This document shows, in pieces, positions 47,876-57,769 of a DNA stretch of 64,000 nucleotides (positions are counted from its first letter, which is position 1; every line of letters begins with the position of its first letter). Source of the stretch: Spirochaetota bacterium (GTDB lineage: Bacteria > Spirochaetota > Spirochaetia > JABEVK01); assembly GCA_020049045.1 (NCBI GenBank), contig JAIFLN010000101.1, positions 2,117 through 66,116 of the forward strand. The letters are read 5' to 3'. The position numbers and the translations under genes are program-made. The notes beneath the pieces were generated by a model, which saw only the letters and a list, made by a program, of their open reading frames with translations, searched no databases and was not told the DNA's origin.

Positions 47876-48919
47876 TCAGACACTGCTCCCCTTGGAGACG
47901 CCGGGGCGGATGAGCGCGGAAAGGAAGGCCAGGGTCAGCCCCTGGCCCCATCCCTGCACCCGCTTATGGGGAATTTGCCGGTAAGCCTCGGCGTCGTTCA
48001 TAACCCCTGTACCACCGGACACGTTCAGCACCGAGCCGTCAGGGCCAATCTGGCTTACGATACCCTGGTAGGCGTTTTCGAGGGCCTTGCGATGAAGCGG
48101 ATGGCCGTTGAGGGCCAGCGCCGCCGCAATACCCGCCGAGCCCGAGGTTTCGCAGTATGAGGTGGGGTCGTCGAGGATGGTGTGCCACAGCCCGTCGGGG
48201 GATTGCAGGCGCACCAGCGCCGACAGCTGGTCGCGCAGAGACCCTTCGATGCGCATGAACGCCGGGTAGAGATAGGTGATGTGCTGGAGGGCCTGGGCCA
48301 TGGTGTAGGCGGCCCAGCTGTTCCCCCGGCACCAGAACAGACCCGACAGGTGATTTTTCTGAACATTGTCCCAGCCGTGGTAGTACAGGTTATTGGTGTT
48401 GTCCTGCAGGTACTCCTCGTGCCAGTACCACTGGTTCAGGCCGTCGTCGACCCAGGCCTTGTTGCCGGTTTTCAACCCCATGCGCAGCAAGAAGTAGGCG
48501 GCCATAAACAGGGTGTCGGCCCAGGCCTGCTCGGGAAAATCGTTGGTTGAGGAAACGGTATGCTGGAATACCCGGTCGCCAAAGCGCAGGGCTTCCTTTT
48601 CCAGGTAAGTGGCTTTTTTCAGGGCCAGTTCCAGGTACTTGTCCTCGCCGGTAGCCTCGTGCAGCGTGATGAGGCAGTGCCCCATGCTGACCACGTTCAC
48701 CTGGAACGGCGGCAGACCCAGCAGCAAATAGTCATCGACCCATTTCTTCAGAAAGTCGATGTGCTCCGATTTGCCCGTCGATTCCCAGGCCCGGCTGACT
48801 CCGTAAAAGGCCACACCGGCGGGCCAGCTCCAGCTGAAATCGATGTTCTTGGTACGCTGCACCACCCGGTCGATAAGGGTCCGGATTTCAGCGTCCCGAT
48901 CGCCTGAGACACCGCTCAA
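47876..48919 (-). CDS. glycoside hydrolase family 105/88 (unsaturated rhamnogalacturonyl / glucuronyl hydrolase)
   Basis: (alpha/alpha)6 barrel motifs WHTILDDPTSYCETSGSAGIAAAL, YYHGWD. Confidence 0.8.
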   Translation of the reverse strand: MSGVSGDRDAEIRTLIDRVVQRTKNIDFSWSWPAGVAFYGVSRAWESTGKSEHIDFLKKWVDDYLLLGLPPFQVNVVSMGHCLITLHEATGEDKYLELALKKATYLEKEALRFGDRVFQHTVSSTNDFPEQAWADTLFMAAYFLLRMGLKTGNKAWVDDGLNQWYWHEEYLQDNTNNLYYHGWDNVQKNHLSGLFWCRGNSWAAYTMAQALQHITYLYPAFMRIEGSLRDQLSALVRLQSPDGLWHTILDDPTSYCETSGSAGIAAALALNGHPLHRKALENAYQGIVSQIGPDGSVLNVSGGTGVMNDAEAYRQIPHKRVQGWGQGLTLAFLSALIRPGVSKGSSV

Positions 48920-50277
48920 CGAGGTGCTCTCTTGGTCGTTTCGGATAGCATGTACGTGAAGAGTGTATGGGCCTCATCAAGACCAATGCGCACTAGCGGG
49001 TCCTGCACAAAGGCCTGGAACAACAGTTCCTCGTCCCTTGCCAGCGATGCGCGCAGCACCATTTCCTGGTTGTCGACGTGGCGGCTGACCAGGGCGTGAA
49101 CGGCGGGCGGCAGGCTTCCGGCCATCAGGGGCTGGAGGCTGTCACGGCTGATGACGACGTTGGTCTCGACCACCGCACCCCGGGGAAGGTCGGCGGCTTG
49201 ACCTTGGTTGGGGACGTTGGTATTGGTCACCAAAGGGGTCAGCCCCACCAGCGCCTTGAGCTGGAGGATTCCCTCCTCGCCCGAGGATTTGAGGTTGACA
49301 TTATTGCGCTGCAGCTTCTCGGCCAGATCTTTCTTCCGCCAGGCCACGGTGGTCAGCCCGAATTTCCAGGCCTTCACGGTCTGGGGGTCCTTGAGGTACC
49401 AGGGAGGCATAAACTCGGCCAGGTGGCGATCACCGGCGGCTGCGATCAGGCCGTAGCGCAGGAACAGATCGAACTTGACCCGGTTGGCCGAGGCGAAGGT
49501 GCTGTTGGCCCAGTGGCCCTCCTCGGGAATTTCAAACCCGGTCTTGCGGTATTTTTCGGCGAATTCACGGTAGATCGGCATCAGGTCGAGGGACCCGTAA
49601 GAGGCGCGGTCAAACCAGGTGAAGTGGTTGATGCCCAGCACATTGACCTGAATTTCGCGGCGGTGGACCCCCTGGATACCTCGCATGTCGGCCAGCATGT
49701 GCGCCAGAACGGTTTGGGTGCCGAACACTTCGTGACAGCAGCCGAAGGCCTTGATGCCGGGGAAAGTTTCGTACAAGGTTCGAACGCAGAGGGTCAGGGG
49801 ATTGGTGTAGTTGATCACCCAGGCGTGGGGGCAATGCTTTTCGACGGCGCGGGCCACTTCGACAAACATGGGAATGGTCCGCCAGGCGCGCATAAGCCCG
49901 CCAGGGCCGACGGTGTCGCCCACCGACTGATAGATTCCGTATTGTTCGGGGGCGTGGACGTCGATTTCCATCTGGTCAAAGTTGCCTGGAAGGATGGAGA
50001 CAAACACAAAATCGGCGCCCTTGAGGGCGGCCTCGAGGGAGGCTTCAGCCGTGTACACCCATTTTCCGGGTGCCTGGGGATTATCCGCCAACGCGTTGCC
50101 CAGATCAGCATTGACCTGCGCCGCCTGAGGGTTGAGGTCGTAGAGCGCCACCCGCCCTGCGATGTCGGTTTCCAAGGCCAAATCGGCCATCAGTCCGCGG
50201 GCCCAGCCTCGGGATCCTCCGCCTATATACGCGATCTTCAGGTTTCGGGGATCGGGATGCCAGGTTGATGCACTCAT
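48916..50277 (-). CDS. glycoside hydrolase family 4 (NAD/Mn-dependent alpha-glycosidase)
   Basis: KIAYIGGGSRGWARGL Rossmann N-terminus, CHEV catalytic Cys-His region. AGGAG ribosome-binding site. The ORF-track N-extension was rejected. Confidence 0.85.
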   Translation of the reverse strand: MSASTWHPDPRNLKIAYIGGGSRGWARGLMADLALETDIAGRVALYDLNPQAAQVNADLGNALADNPQAPGKWVYTAEASLEAALKGADFVFVSILPGNFDQMEIDVHAPEQYGIYQSVGDTVGPGGLMRAWRTIPMFVEVARAVEKHCPHAWVINYTNPLTLCVRTLYETFPGIKAFGCCHEVFGTQTVLAHMLADMRGIQGVHRREIQVNVLGINHFTWFDRASYGSLDLMPIYREFAEKYRKTGFEIPEEGHWANSTFASANRVKFDLFLRYGLIAAAGDRHLAEFMPPWYLKDPQTVKAWKFGLTTVAWRKKDLAEKLQRNNVNLKSSGEEGILQLKALVGLTPLVTNTNVPNQGQAADLPRGAVVETNVVISRDSLQPLMAGSLPPAVHALVSRHVDNQEMVLRASLARDEELLFQAFVQDPLVRIGLDEAHTLFTYMLSETTKRAPR

Positions 50278-50367
50278 GGGGACTCCTGTGATCAGTGTAG
50301 CCCTGAGCTGTGCGGGTTGGAAAGAGTACCAGAGTACCAAAAGGACGGTACTGGCGAGGGCCTTCGT

Positions 50368-52002
50368 TCACAGAGCACGCTCCTCACCCACCGTCCACAG
50401 GCCGCCGGAAAAGTCGGCATGACCGTTGCGGGTCGCCACAAAGGCCGGGGTGCCCGACGCGGCGGTGGCGTAGACCCCGGTCTGGGCACCCACCCAGCGG
50501 CCCGGCGGTAGCGGGACAGGATCACCCAGGGGCTTCCAATCGCGGCCATCGGCGCTCCACCAGGCGGTGGCTTCGGCAAAAACGTCTGTTTTCATCGAGG
50601 GCCAGGGGGACTCGGGCGGATTGACCGCCTCAACGCGTACCGGTACAAACCAAAGCCTCAGCCAGATTGAAGCCACGGCACCCAGGTCCACCGAAGCAGC
50701 CTCCCGGGCCGGCGCCGAATCCAGGGGCCAATCCCGCAGAACCAGCCTTCCCGTTCCTCCACCCGACTGAAGGGCCAACGTGAGGGACCGGTGGGCGACG
50801 GCGGCCAGACCCGCCTCCTCACCCTCGGCCCGCGGTGAGAGAGCGACCTTGACCGTCAGGGCACAGGCCGGGCCTTCGATTTTGCGTGTCAGCACGGCGG
50901 GATTTTCCCAGGGGTTGGGGGACTGGCTGGGGCAGGAAAGACGAAGTGTTCCCATAGGGGCGCCGGGGAGCACCCAGCCGGGTTGGGGGTTGGCCTGCCA
51001 CTGCCAGTCCAGAGCAGGAAGGCCGTGCAGTCCCGCGTCGGCCGTCCGGGGACCGGGCAAGGAAATCCTTGGCGTGCCCGGGTACGGCAGAGGTGCTTCC
51101 AGCACCGGCTCGCCCCGGGTCCCCGAACCGGAACCAATCACCGGCCAGCCTTCCTTCCAGGTTACCGGCTGGAGATGCACTACCCGGCCCCAGCTGTCCT
51201 GATCCTGAAAATGCAGGAACCACCACCGCCCGTCGGGGCCTTCGACCAGGGCCCCCTGATGGGGACCATTGATGGGGGTGGAACCCTGGTCCATCACATT
51301 GCGGGCCTCGTAGGGCCCCTGCGGGCTTTGGGACCGGAAGACGCCCTGCCAGCCTACCTTCACGCCGCCAGCCGGGACAAACACGTAATACCAGCCGTCC
51401 TTCTTGTAAATCTTCGGGCCTTCGATGGTGATCCACGGCAGCGGCCCCATCGAGGTTTCGACCGGTCCCAGGGTATTCCCGTCGATGATGGTCACTCCCA
51501 GGTCGGCGACCCGGCCCTGGTTGTCCAGCTTGTGCAGGGTAATGCGGTTGTTGATCCCTGCACGGCTTTTGGCCCAACCCTTCACCAACCAGCGGCTGCC
51601 ATCCTCGTCGGTAAACGGGCACGGGTCGATGGCTCCCACCGAAGGGTCGACCAGCAACGGTTGGGACCACGGGCCAGCTGGGTGCGGCGCATCGATGCGG
51701 AAGATACCGAAATCGGGGTCGGGGTAATGGATGGAGAACACGCCGCCCTCACAGCGCAGGGCTGGGGCCCAGACACCGCCGCCCCGCCTGGGAACCTGAA
51801 AATGGGTGCGGGGACCAAGAGCGGGCAGAGCATTGGCGATCAGAGTCCATTCGACCAGATCACGGCTGGCCAGAACAGGTAGCCCGGGCACATTGGAGAA
51901 CGAGCTGGCTGTCATGTACCAGGTATCACCGACACGCACGGCGTCGGGGTCGGAATAGTCGGCGAAAAGCACAGGGTTACGGTAGGTGGCGGGGTGGTTC
52001 AA
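50368..52002 (-). CDS. glycoside hydrolase family 43 (beta-xylosidase / alpha-L-arabinofuranosidase) with C-terminal beta-sandwich
   Basis: NPVLFADYSDPDAVRVGDTWYMTASSF five-bladed propeller N-terminus. TTG start with GGAGG ribosome-binding site. Confidence 0.85.
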   Translation of the reverse strand: MNHPATYRNPVLFADYSDPDAVRVGDTWYMTASSFSNVPGLPVLASRDLVEWTLIANALPALGPRTHFQVPRRGGGVWAPALRCEGGVFSIHYPDPDFGIFRIDAPHPAGPWSQPLLVDPSVGAIDPCPFTDEDGSRWLVKGWAKSRAGINNRITLHKLDNQGRVADLGVTIIDGNTLGPVETSMGPLPWITIEGPKIYKKDGWYYVFVPAGGVKVGWQGVFRSQSPQGPYEARNVMDQGSTPINGPHQGALVEGPDGRWWFLHFQDQDSWGRVVHLQPVTWKEGWPVIGSGSGTRGEPVLEAPLPYPGTPRISLPGPRTADAGLHGLPALDWQWQANPQPGWVLPGAPMGTLRLSCPSQSPNPWENPAVLTRKIEGPACALTVKVALSPRAEGEEAGLAAVAHRSLTLALQSGGGTGRLVLRDWPLDSAPAREAASVDLGAVASIWLRLWFVPVRVEAVNPPESPWPSMKTDVFAEATAWWSADGRDWKPLGDPVPLPPGRWVGAQTGVYATAASGTPAFVATRNGHADFSGGLWTVGEERAL

Positions 52003-52186
52003 TGGATTCCTCCAGGAATTCCACCATAAACGCCAGAGGCTATTCTGGGTACCCCACGTTTCCTTGCTCGACTCCGTTTCCTTCAGAGTGAACGATGAGA
52101 TCGGCTACTCGCTCACCAACGCCATTATGATGCTGACAGCCGCAAAATGACCAGCTTCCTGCAATCACGCCATTCAGATGCTGCGG

Positions 52187-52222
52187 CCGGGGGCATAAAA
52201 AAGCAGGCCACCCCGAAGGGTG
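52187..52222 (-). terminator. Rho-independent terminator downstream of the Ig-repeat lipoprotein gene
   Basis: Minus strand GCAGGCCACCC-TTCG-GGGTGGCCTGC followed by TTTTTTAT. Confidence 0.6.
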
Positions 52223-52248
52223 GCCTGCTTTGTGGTTAGAGAGAGGGA

Positions 52249-54291
52249 TCAGGGAGCAGGTTTGGTCAGAGTCGCCTGGTTGATGACAACTGCCGTCTGG
52301 GAGAACAGACGCCCGTCTACCACCGATCCAGCCTCGATGGTGATTCCCAAATAGCCCAGGACCGTGCCCTTGAATTGGGCTGTGGTACCGATGCTGGTGG
52401 TACCAGCCACCTGCCAGAACACATTCTTGGCGAGGGCACCACCGTTGAGGGTGATTACGGCGGCTGAGGCCACGGTCAGGTTCCCCGTGGTCTGGAAAAT
52501 CCAAACGTCATTGGCACCGCCGGACAAGGAGAAGGAGGTAGACACGCCGAGGTCGGTGGTGTACTGGTACAGACCAGGAACCAGATTGACCGATCCGCCG
52601 AGGTTACCCACGGGGGTGTTTATAATGGCGCTCGCCGACCGTCCAGCGGCATCAGTGTAGGCCGCTTCCATGGCCGAAATCGTCGCCGTCATGTTCGCCG
52701 GGGTGGGAGGGGTTTGGTCGGCTGCGTAAACCTTGCCAGTGACCTGGCCGGCGGTGGCGTAGCCCGTGGCATCCACTAAGGATAGGCCAGTGATAAAGCT
52801 CTGGGCCGCGGGGCTCAGGCCTATGTCGCCGGTGATGATAGTGGTAGGGGTGACGTTGATGGCGGTCTTGGCCAGAGCGGAGAAACTACCGGCACTTCCG
52901 AGGTCCACCATAGGGGGGCCAAGGGGAAGGCTGGCGGGTGTAGTGAAGGTCCAGGTCACGTCCGAGCCCAGGGAATTTCCCGCCAAATCGAGGGCAGAGG
53001 TGCTGATCTTGGCGGTGTAGGTGGTGTTCGTGAGCAGATCGGCAGCTGGGTTGAAGGTCGCAATGCTACCAGTATATGACACGACTCCGGAGACGATGGC
53101 CATTGCCCCATCTTTCAGGGTGAACGCCGCAGTCATGGTTGCCGGGTCCATGGCTTCGCTGAAGTTAGCTAGGAGGTTGACGTTCACGGGTACGTTGTCG
53201 GCCGTATTCAGAGGAGTGGTCGAAACCACGGTGGGAGCGCTAGCATCCGGTGCTACACCAGTAGTAAAGCTCCAGGTCCTGACGGCTGCCATGGCGTTTC
53301 CTGCCAGGTCTTTAGCGCCGACACTGATCGTGGCGACGTATTCTGTGGTGGCGCTGAGGTCCGCTGTGGGGTCAAACGTTGCAATAACGCCCACATAGGT
53401 CACGGAACCGGCCAGGGGAGTGCTGGCCTGGGTGAGGGTGAAAACTGCATTGGTCATCGTTGCCGGGTCCATGGCTTCACTGAAGGTCGCGGTCAGGCTG
53501 GCGTTGATGGACACACCTGTCGCCGAATGGATTGGGACAGTGGCTGAAACGGTGGGCGCGGTGACATCGGCGGCCGCTCCGGTGGTGAAGCTCCAGGTTT
53601 TCAGGACACCCAAAGCGTTTCCAGCCAAGTCTTTGGCTCCTGTGCTGATGGTGGCGACATAGAGGGTGTTTGGGGCAAGGTCAGCCGTAGGATCAAAGGT
53701 AGCCACAGTTCCGGTGTAGGAAACGGCACCTTCCACAAGTGCTGTACCCAGGCTGACAGTGAAATTGGCAGCGTTTAATGTTGCGGGGTCCATAGCCTCA
53801 CTGAAGGTTGCGGTCAAGCTGGCGTTGAGAGCCACACTGGTTGCCGAGGCAACGGGAACGGTTGAGGCGACAAGGGGTGCCGTCAAATCGAGGGCAACGC
53901 CTGTGGTGAAACTCCAAACTTTTGCGGCACCGAGGTTGTTGCCGTCGAGGTCTCGAGCCTCGTTGCTGAGAGTAGCGGTGTAGAGGGTGTTGGGGGCCAG
54001 ATCGCTATCGGGATTGAAAGTCACAACAGCGCCAGTATGACTGACCACTCCCACCACTGCGGGTGACAATGTGAAGCTGGTGACGGAAAACGACCGGGAG
54101 TCCATCGATTTACTGAAGGTCCCGGTCAGTGAAGAATTGAGGGCGACACCCGTTGCGGAGTGGAGAGGCACCGTTGATGATACAACGGGCAGGACCGGGG
54201 CCTCCTTGGTGTTCTGAGTAGGTATCGTGCACCCCATCAGAAGTCCGCCTGCTAAAAGCAACGCGGAGAGCAGAATCTTGAAAATACGCAT
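52249..54291 (-). CDS. lipoprotein with four tandem Ig-like (Big/SbsA-type) repeats and C-terminal DUF3494 ice-binding-like domain
   Basis: LLAGGLLMGC lipobox. Four ~100-aa repeats (...SATSVALNASLTATFSEAMDPAT...TWSFTTG). The C-terminal ~230 aa is Thr/Gly/Ala-rich, consistent with DUF3494. Confidence 0.75.
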   Translation of the reverse strand: MRIFKILLSALLLAGGLLMGCTIPTQNTKEAPVLPVVSSTVPLHSATGVALNSSLTGTFSKSMDSRSFSVTSFTLSPAVVGVVSHTGAVVTFNPDSDLAPNTLYTATLSNEARDLDGNNLGAAKVWSFTTGVALDLTAPLVASTVPVASATSVALNASLTATFSEAMDPATLNAANFTVSLGTALVEGAVSYTGTVATFDPTADLAPNTLYVATISTGAKDLAGNALGVLKTWSFTTGAAADVTAPTVSATVPIHSATGVSINASLTATFSEAMDPATMTNAVFTLTQASTPLAGSVTYVGVIATFDPTADLSATTEYVATISVGAKDLAGNAMAAVRTWSFTTGVAPDASAPTVVSTTPLNTADNVPVNVNLLANFSEAMDPATMTAAFTLKDGAMAIVSGVVSYTGSIATFNPAADLLTNTTYTAKISTSALDLAGNSLGSDVTWTFTTPASLPLGPPMVDLGSAGSFSALAKTAINVTPTTIITGDIGLSPAAQSFITGLSLVDATGYATAGQVTGKVYAADQTPPTPANMTATISAMEAAYTDAAGRSASAIINTPVGNLGGSVNLVPGLYQYTTDLGVSTSFSLSGGANDVWIFQTTGNLTVASAAVITLNGGALAKNVFWQVAGTTSIGTTAQFKGTVLGYLGITIEAGSVVDGRLFSQTAVVINQATLTKPAP
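52970..54205 (-). repeat. intragenic tandem repeats (4 x ~300 bp) encoding the Ig-like modules
   Basis: Repeated peptide blocks appear in several frames of the ORF track (e.g. AFPARSLAPTLIVAT / AFPAKSLAPVLMVAT), showing near-identical DNA repeats. Confidence 0.6.
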
Positions 54292-54431
54292 GGCAATACC
54301 ACCTTTAGAATCAAGGTGTATTTTTAATTAACTTAAGTCAATTTTTTTAATGTTAATATTTTAGCAAGATACCCGTGCTCAGGGACGGTGACGGTTGTCT
54401 CGCTGCCATCCTGAGTCTAGAATTGACGCTG

Positions 54432-54959
54432 ATGATTGTCACTTCGGTTTTTTCCAGTCCCGTGGGCGAGCTTCTTCTGGGGAGTTTTGATGGTCAGCTT
54501 TGCCTTTGCGACTGGCGCTACCGTAAGCAGCGGGAGCTGATCGACAGGCGAATCCAAGACGGACTGGGGGAAGAGTTCCGGGAAGGAACGAGCTTGGTCA
54601 TCGACCAAGCTAAAGAGGAACTTTCGGAGTATTTTTCTGGCAACAGGGTTTCGTTTGCCGTCCCATGCCTCTTGGCAGGGACGGACTTTCAGAAACTGGT
54701 GTGGGACCAGCTGCTAACCATTCCGTTTGGAACGACGCTGTCCTACCAGGACTTGGCCAACCGCCTGGGCAAACCGACCGCCGTCCGGGGCGTGGCTGCA
54801 GCCAACGGGGCCAACGCTCTGTCGATTTTCGTCCCCTGCCACCGCATTCTCGGGTCGTCGGGCGACCTGGTAGGGTACGCCGGTGGGCTCAGGGCGAAAC
54901 AAAAGCTCCTCGAACTGGAAAACCCCGTCAAAAACACACAGTTCCTGATGTTTGACTAG
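54432..54959 (+). CDS. ogt: methylated-DNA--protein-cysteine methyltransferase
   Basis: Active site PCHRIL, AVRGVAAANGANALSIFVPCHR. ATG preferred over upstream GTG. Confidence 0.85.
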   Translation: MIVTSVFSSPVGELLLGSFDGQLCLCDWRYRKQRELIDRRIQDGLGEEFREGTSLVIDQAKEELSEYFSGNRVSFAVPCLLAGTDFQKLVWDQLLTIPFGTTLSYQDLANRLGKPTAVRGVAAANGANALSIFVPCHRILGSSGDLVGYAGGLRAKQKLLELENPVKNTQFLMFD

Positions 54960-54985
54960 AATCGATGGGGAGTGTGCCGTATCGT

Positions 54986-57022
54986 CTACGTCAGCCCCCG
55001 CTGTTTGAGTAGCGCGGCGATCTGGGGGTCACGGCCGCGGAAGTTGCGGAACGCCTGCCCGGGTTCGACCGAGTTGCCCACGCTCAAGATGCACGCTTTG
55101 AGCTTACTGGCGAGGACTGGATCAAACAGGTTGCCGTTCTCCTCAAAAGCGCTGAATACGTCGGCCTCGAGAACTTCTGCCCACATATAGACATAGTACC
55201 CAGCGGCATACCCTTCCCCAGTGAACAGGTGCTGGAAGTGCGGCAGACGGTGGCGCAGGCCGATTTCACGAGGCACGCCCAGGCGCAAGGATTCTTCGCG
55301 TTCAAAAGCTCCTGCGTCAAAACCCTTGGCGGAGGTCAGACTGTGCAGCGCCATATCGAGCAGAGCCGGCCCAAGGTACTGTACGGTTTCCCAGCCCATA
55401 TTGAAGGTGCCGGCTTTCTGCAGCTTGGCGACCAGCGCCGGGGGAATGACCTGCCCCGTGGTGGAGTGCTTGGCAAACCGAGACAACACTTCGGGAGCCA
55501 GCGCCCAGTGCTCAAACAGCTGGCTGGGAAGCTCGACAAAGTCCTGTAGAGTGCTGGTGCCCGACAGTCCCTCATAGGCCACGTTACTCAAGAGGCCGTG
55601 CAGGCCGTGACCAAACTCGTGGAACAGCGTGCGCACGTCGTCGAAGCTGAGCAGTACGGGTTCGCCGGGTTTGCCGCGGGTAAAGTTGTTGTTGTTGCTC
55701 ACAATGGGCACCACGCCGGCACTCTGGTCGCGGTAATTACTCATCCACGCGCCTGAATGCTTGCCGGTGCGCGAGTAGTTGTCGTTCAAGAACAGCCCCT
55801 GCAGACTGTCATCGGCCGTGTTGCGCACCTCGAACAGGCGCACATCGGGATGGTACATCGGCACGTGCTTTACTTCGCGGAACTCGACGCCGAAGAGTTT
55901 TCCGGCAGCCCAGAACATCGCGTCCACCATGTTGTCGAGCACGAAGTACGGTTTGATCTCGTTGTCATCGAGCTGGTAATCGCGCTCGCGCACCTTTTCA
56001 GCGTAGTAGCGCCAGTCCCAAGCTTCGAGTTGCTCCACGCCGTCGGCCTTGGCCAGCGCCTCGAGCAGCTTTTGTTCCTCGCGGGAACGCTTCAGCGCGG
56101 CCGGCCACACCTGATTCAGCAGGCCCGCCACGTTGGCAGGGGTTTTGGCCATGCGGTTCACCAGCGCGTAATCGGCGTAGCTTTTGTGGCCGTGGATCTG
56201 GGCCATCTCGGTGCGCAGGGTGAGAATCTCGGCAATCAGCGGTTTGGTGTCGCGCTCGGGGACCATTTCGCCCCGGGACGAAAACGCGAGGTACACTTTC
56301 TGGCGCAGGTCACGCCGGGTGGAACGTGTCAGAAAGGGTTCTACAAACGACCGCGACAGAGTGATGGCCCACTTGCCGGCGTGGCCTTTTTCCGTGGCGG
56401 CTTCGGCGGCCGCTTCGATCAGATCGGTCGGCAAACCCGCCAGATCGGCCTGCGACTCCAGCACAATCACAGTGCCATCCTCATCGGCCAGCACATGCTG
56501 ACCAAAAGTGGTGCAACGCTCGCTCAGGGTTTCTACGAGCTTGGTGAGGCGGTCTTTTTTGGCTTGGTCCAACCGGGCACCGGCCAGCACGAAGTCCAGG
56601 TGGATCTTTTCGATGAGGCGGATCTGAACGGGATTCAAACCACTGGTTTTGCGAGCCGTGTGGACAGCGTCGACGCGGGCAAACAACGCGGCGTCGAGGA
56701 AAAACCGGGTTTGATGAACGGCAATTTTCGGTGTGTACTCGAGCTCTACGGCCTGAAGCGCGTCGTTGGTAAGCGACCCGGTAAGGTTGAAAAACACGCC
56801 CAGCACGTTGCCCAGCAGTTCACCCGACCGGTCAAAAGCTTCGATGGTGTTGGAAAAATCGGGGGCAACGGCCGAACCGGCAATGGCAGTCACCTCGGCC
56901 ACGTGGTCGGCCAGGGCCTTGTCGATGGCGGGTCCGAAGTGCTCGGTCTTAATCAGGTCAAACGGAGGCATGCCGTAAGGAGTGTTCCATGGCGAAAGGA
57001 GGGGGTTGGTGGAGGTTTGCAT
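54986..57022 (-). CDS. dcp: M3-family peptidyl-dipeptidase / oligopeptidase
   Basis: HEFGHGLHGLL zinc motif. 678 aa. Confidence 0.9.
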   Translation of the reverse strand: MQTSTNPLLSPWNTPYGMPPFDLIKTEHFGPAIDKALADHVAEVTAIAGSAVAPDFSNTIEAFDRSGELLGNVLGVFFNLTGSLTNDALQAVELEYTPKIAVHQTRFFLDAALFARVDAVHTARKTSGLNPVQIRLIEKIHLDFVLAGARLDQAKKDRLTKLVETLSERCTTFGQHVLADEDGTVIVLESQADLAGLPTDLIEAAAEAATEKGHAGKWAITLSRSFVEPFLTRSTRRDLRQKVYLAFSSRGEMVPERDTKPLIAEILTLRTEMAQIHGHKSYADYALVNRMAKTPANVAGLLNQVWPAALKRSREEQKLLEALAKADGVEQLEAWDWRYYAEKVRERDYQLDDNEIKPYFVLDNMVDAMFWAAGKLFGVEFREVKHVPMYHPDVRLFEVRNTADDSLQGLFLNDNYSRTGKHSGAWMSNYRDQSAGVVPIVSNNNNFTRGKPGEPVLLSFDDVRTLFHEFGHGLHGLLSNVAYEGLSGTSTLQDFVELPSQLFEHWALAPEVLSRFAKHSTTGQVIPPALVAKLQKAGTFNMGWETVQYLGPALLDMALHSLTSAKGFDAGAFEREESLRLGVPREIGLRHRLPHFQHLFTGEGYAAGYYVYMWAEVLEADVFSAFEENGNLFDPVLASKLKACILSVGNSVEPGQAFRNFRGRDPQIAALLKQRGLT

Positions 57023-57067
57023 AGGGTGTTTATCATAAACCCGGACGGCGGGAATAGCAAAGGAAGA

Positions 57068-57769
57068 TCAGCTTAGTACAATCCGGTTTTTGCCCGCTTC
57101 CTTAGCACGGTAGAGTGCAGTATCAGCCCGGCTGACCATAATTTCCCACGACTCAGCAGGAACCCTGGATGATGCCACACCACCGCTCAAGGTGACTCGC
57201 ACCTCCCCGGTTACGGTTTGAAGCAAGAGCTTTGCCACGCCTTCCCGGCACTTCTCTGCCACCGCCCGCGCATCAGCCTGTTCTGTTTGAGGACAGAGGA
57301 TCAGAAACTCTTCACCACCCCACCGGGCACAAACATCACTGCGCCGGAGCAGGCTGGTCAAGGTGCGAGAAACTTCGACCAGTGCCTGGTCGCCAATGGC
57401 ATGCCCATGAAGGTCATTGATCCGTTTGAAGTTATCGATATCAAACAGCACCAAAGAGAATCCGCTGCCCTGCCGCACGGCCCTTGCCAACTCGCGTTCC
57501 ATATGGTCGACCATGGCCCGGCGGTTGGCCAGCTCGGTCAAAGGATCGGTGCGCGCCATTTTCTCCATGTTCTGGGTTGTTTCGCGCAGTTCGGCCTGGT
57601 AATTGTCGCTGATCGAAACAATGCGGTTCATGCGGCGGGTGAGCTTGTTATAACGCTCAAAAAGCAGCTGGACCCGCGGGTCTGGATGATCGGCCAGCTC
57701 CAGAAGCAGCGGATCGCGTTCTTCCCGGAATTCCAGCTCGCTGTCGTTGTCAGGAGTCGAAGTGTTCAT
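57068..57769 (-). CDS. siaD: GGDEF diguanylate cyclase, SiaD-like
   Basis: RTDPLTELANRR, active site GGEEF, short coiled-coil N-terminus. 233 aa. 4-nt overlap with the upstream siaC-like gene. Confidence 0.85.
   Translation of the reverse strand: MNTSTPDNDSELEFREERDPLLLELADHPDPRVQLLFERYNKLTRRMNRIVSISDNYQAELRETTQNMEKMARTDPLTELANRRAMVDHMERELARAVRQGSGFSLVLFDIDNFKRINDLHGHAIGDQALVEVSRTLTSLLRRSDVCARWGGEEFLILCPQTEQADARAVAEKCREGVAKLLLQTVTGEVRVTLSGGVASSRVPAESWEIMVSRADTALYRAKEAGKNRIVLS

Noticed and set aside
49078-51882. Several 280-400-aa ORFs on both strands (49078-50268 +, 50819-51670 -, 50983-51882 +, 50889-51137 -)
   Set aside because: They lie inside the ~70 % GC glycoside-hydrolase island, where stop codons are rare in all frames. 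The translations are Arg/Pro/Gly-rich nonsense antisense or out of frame to GH4/GH43.
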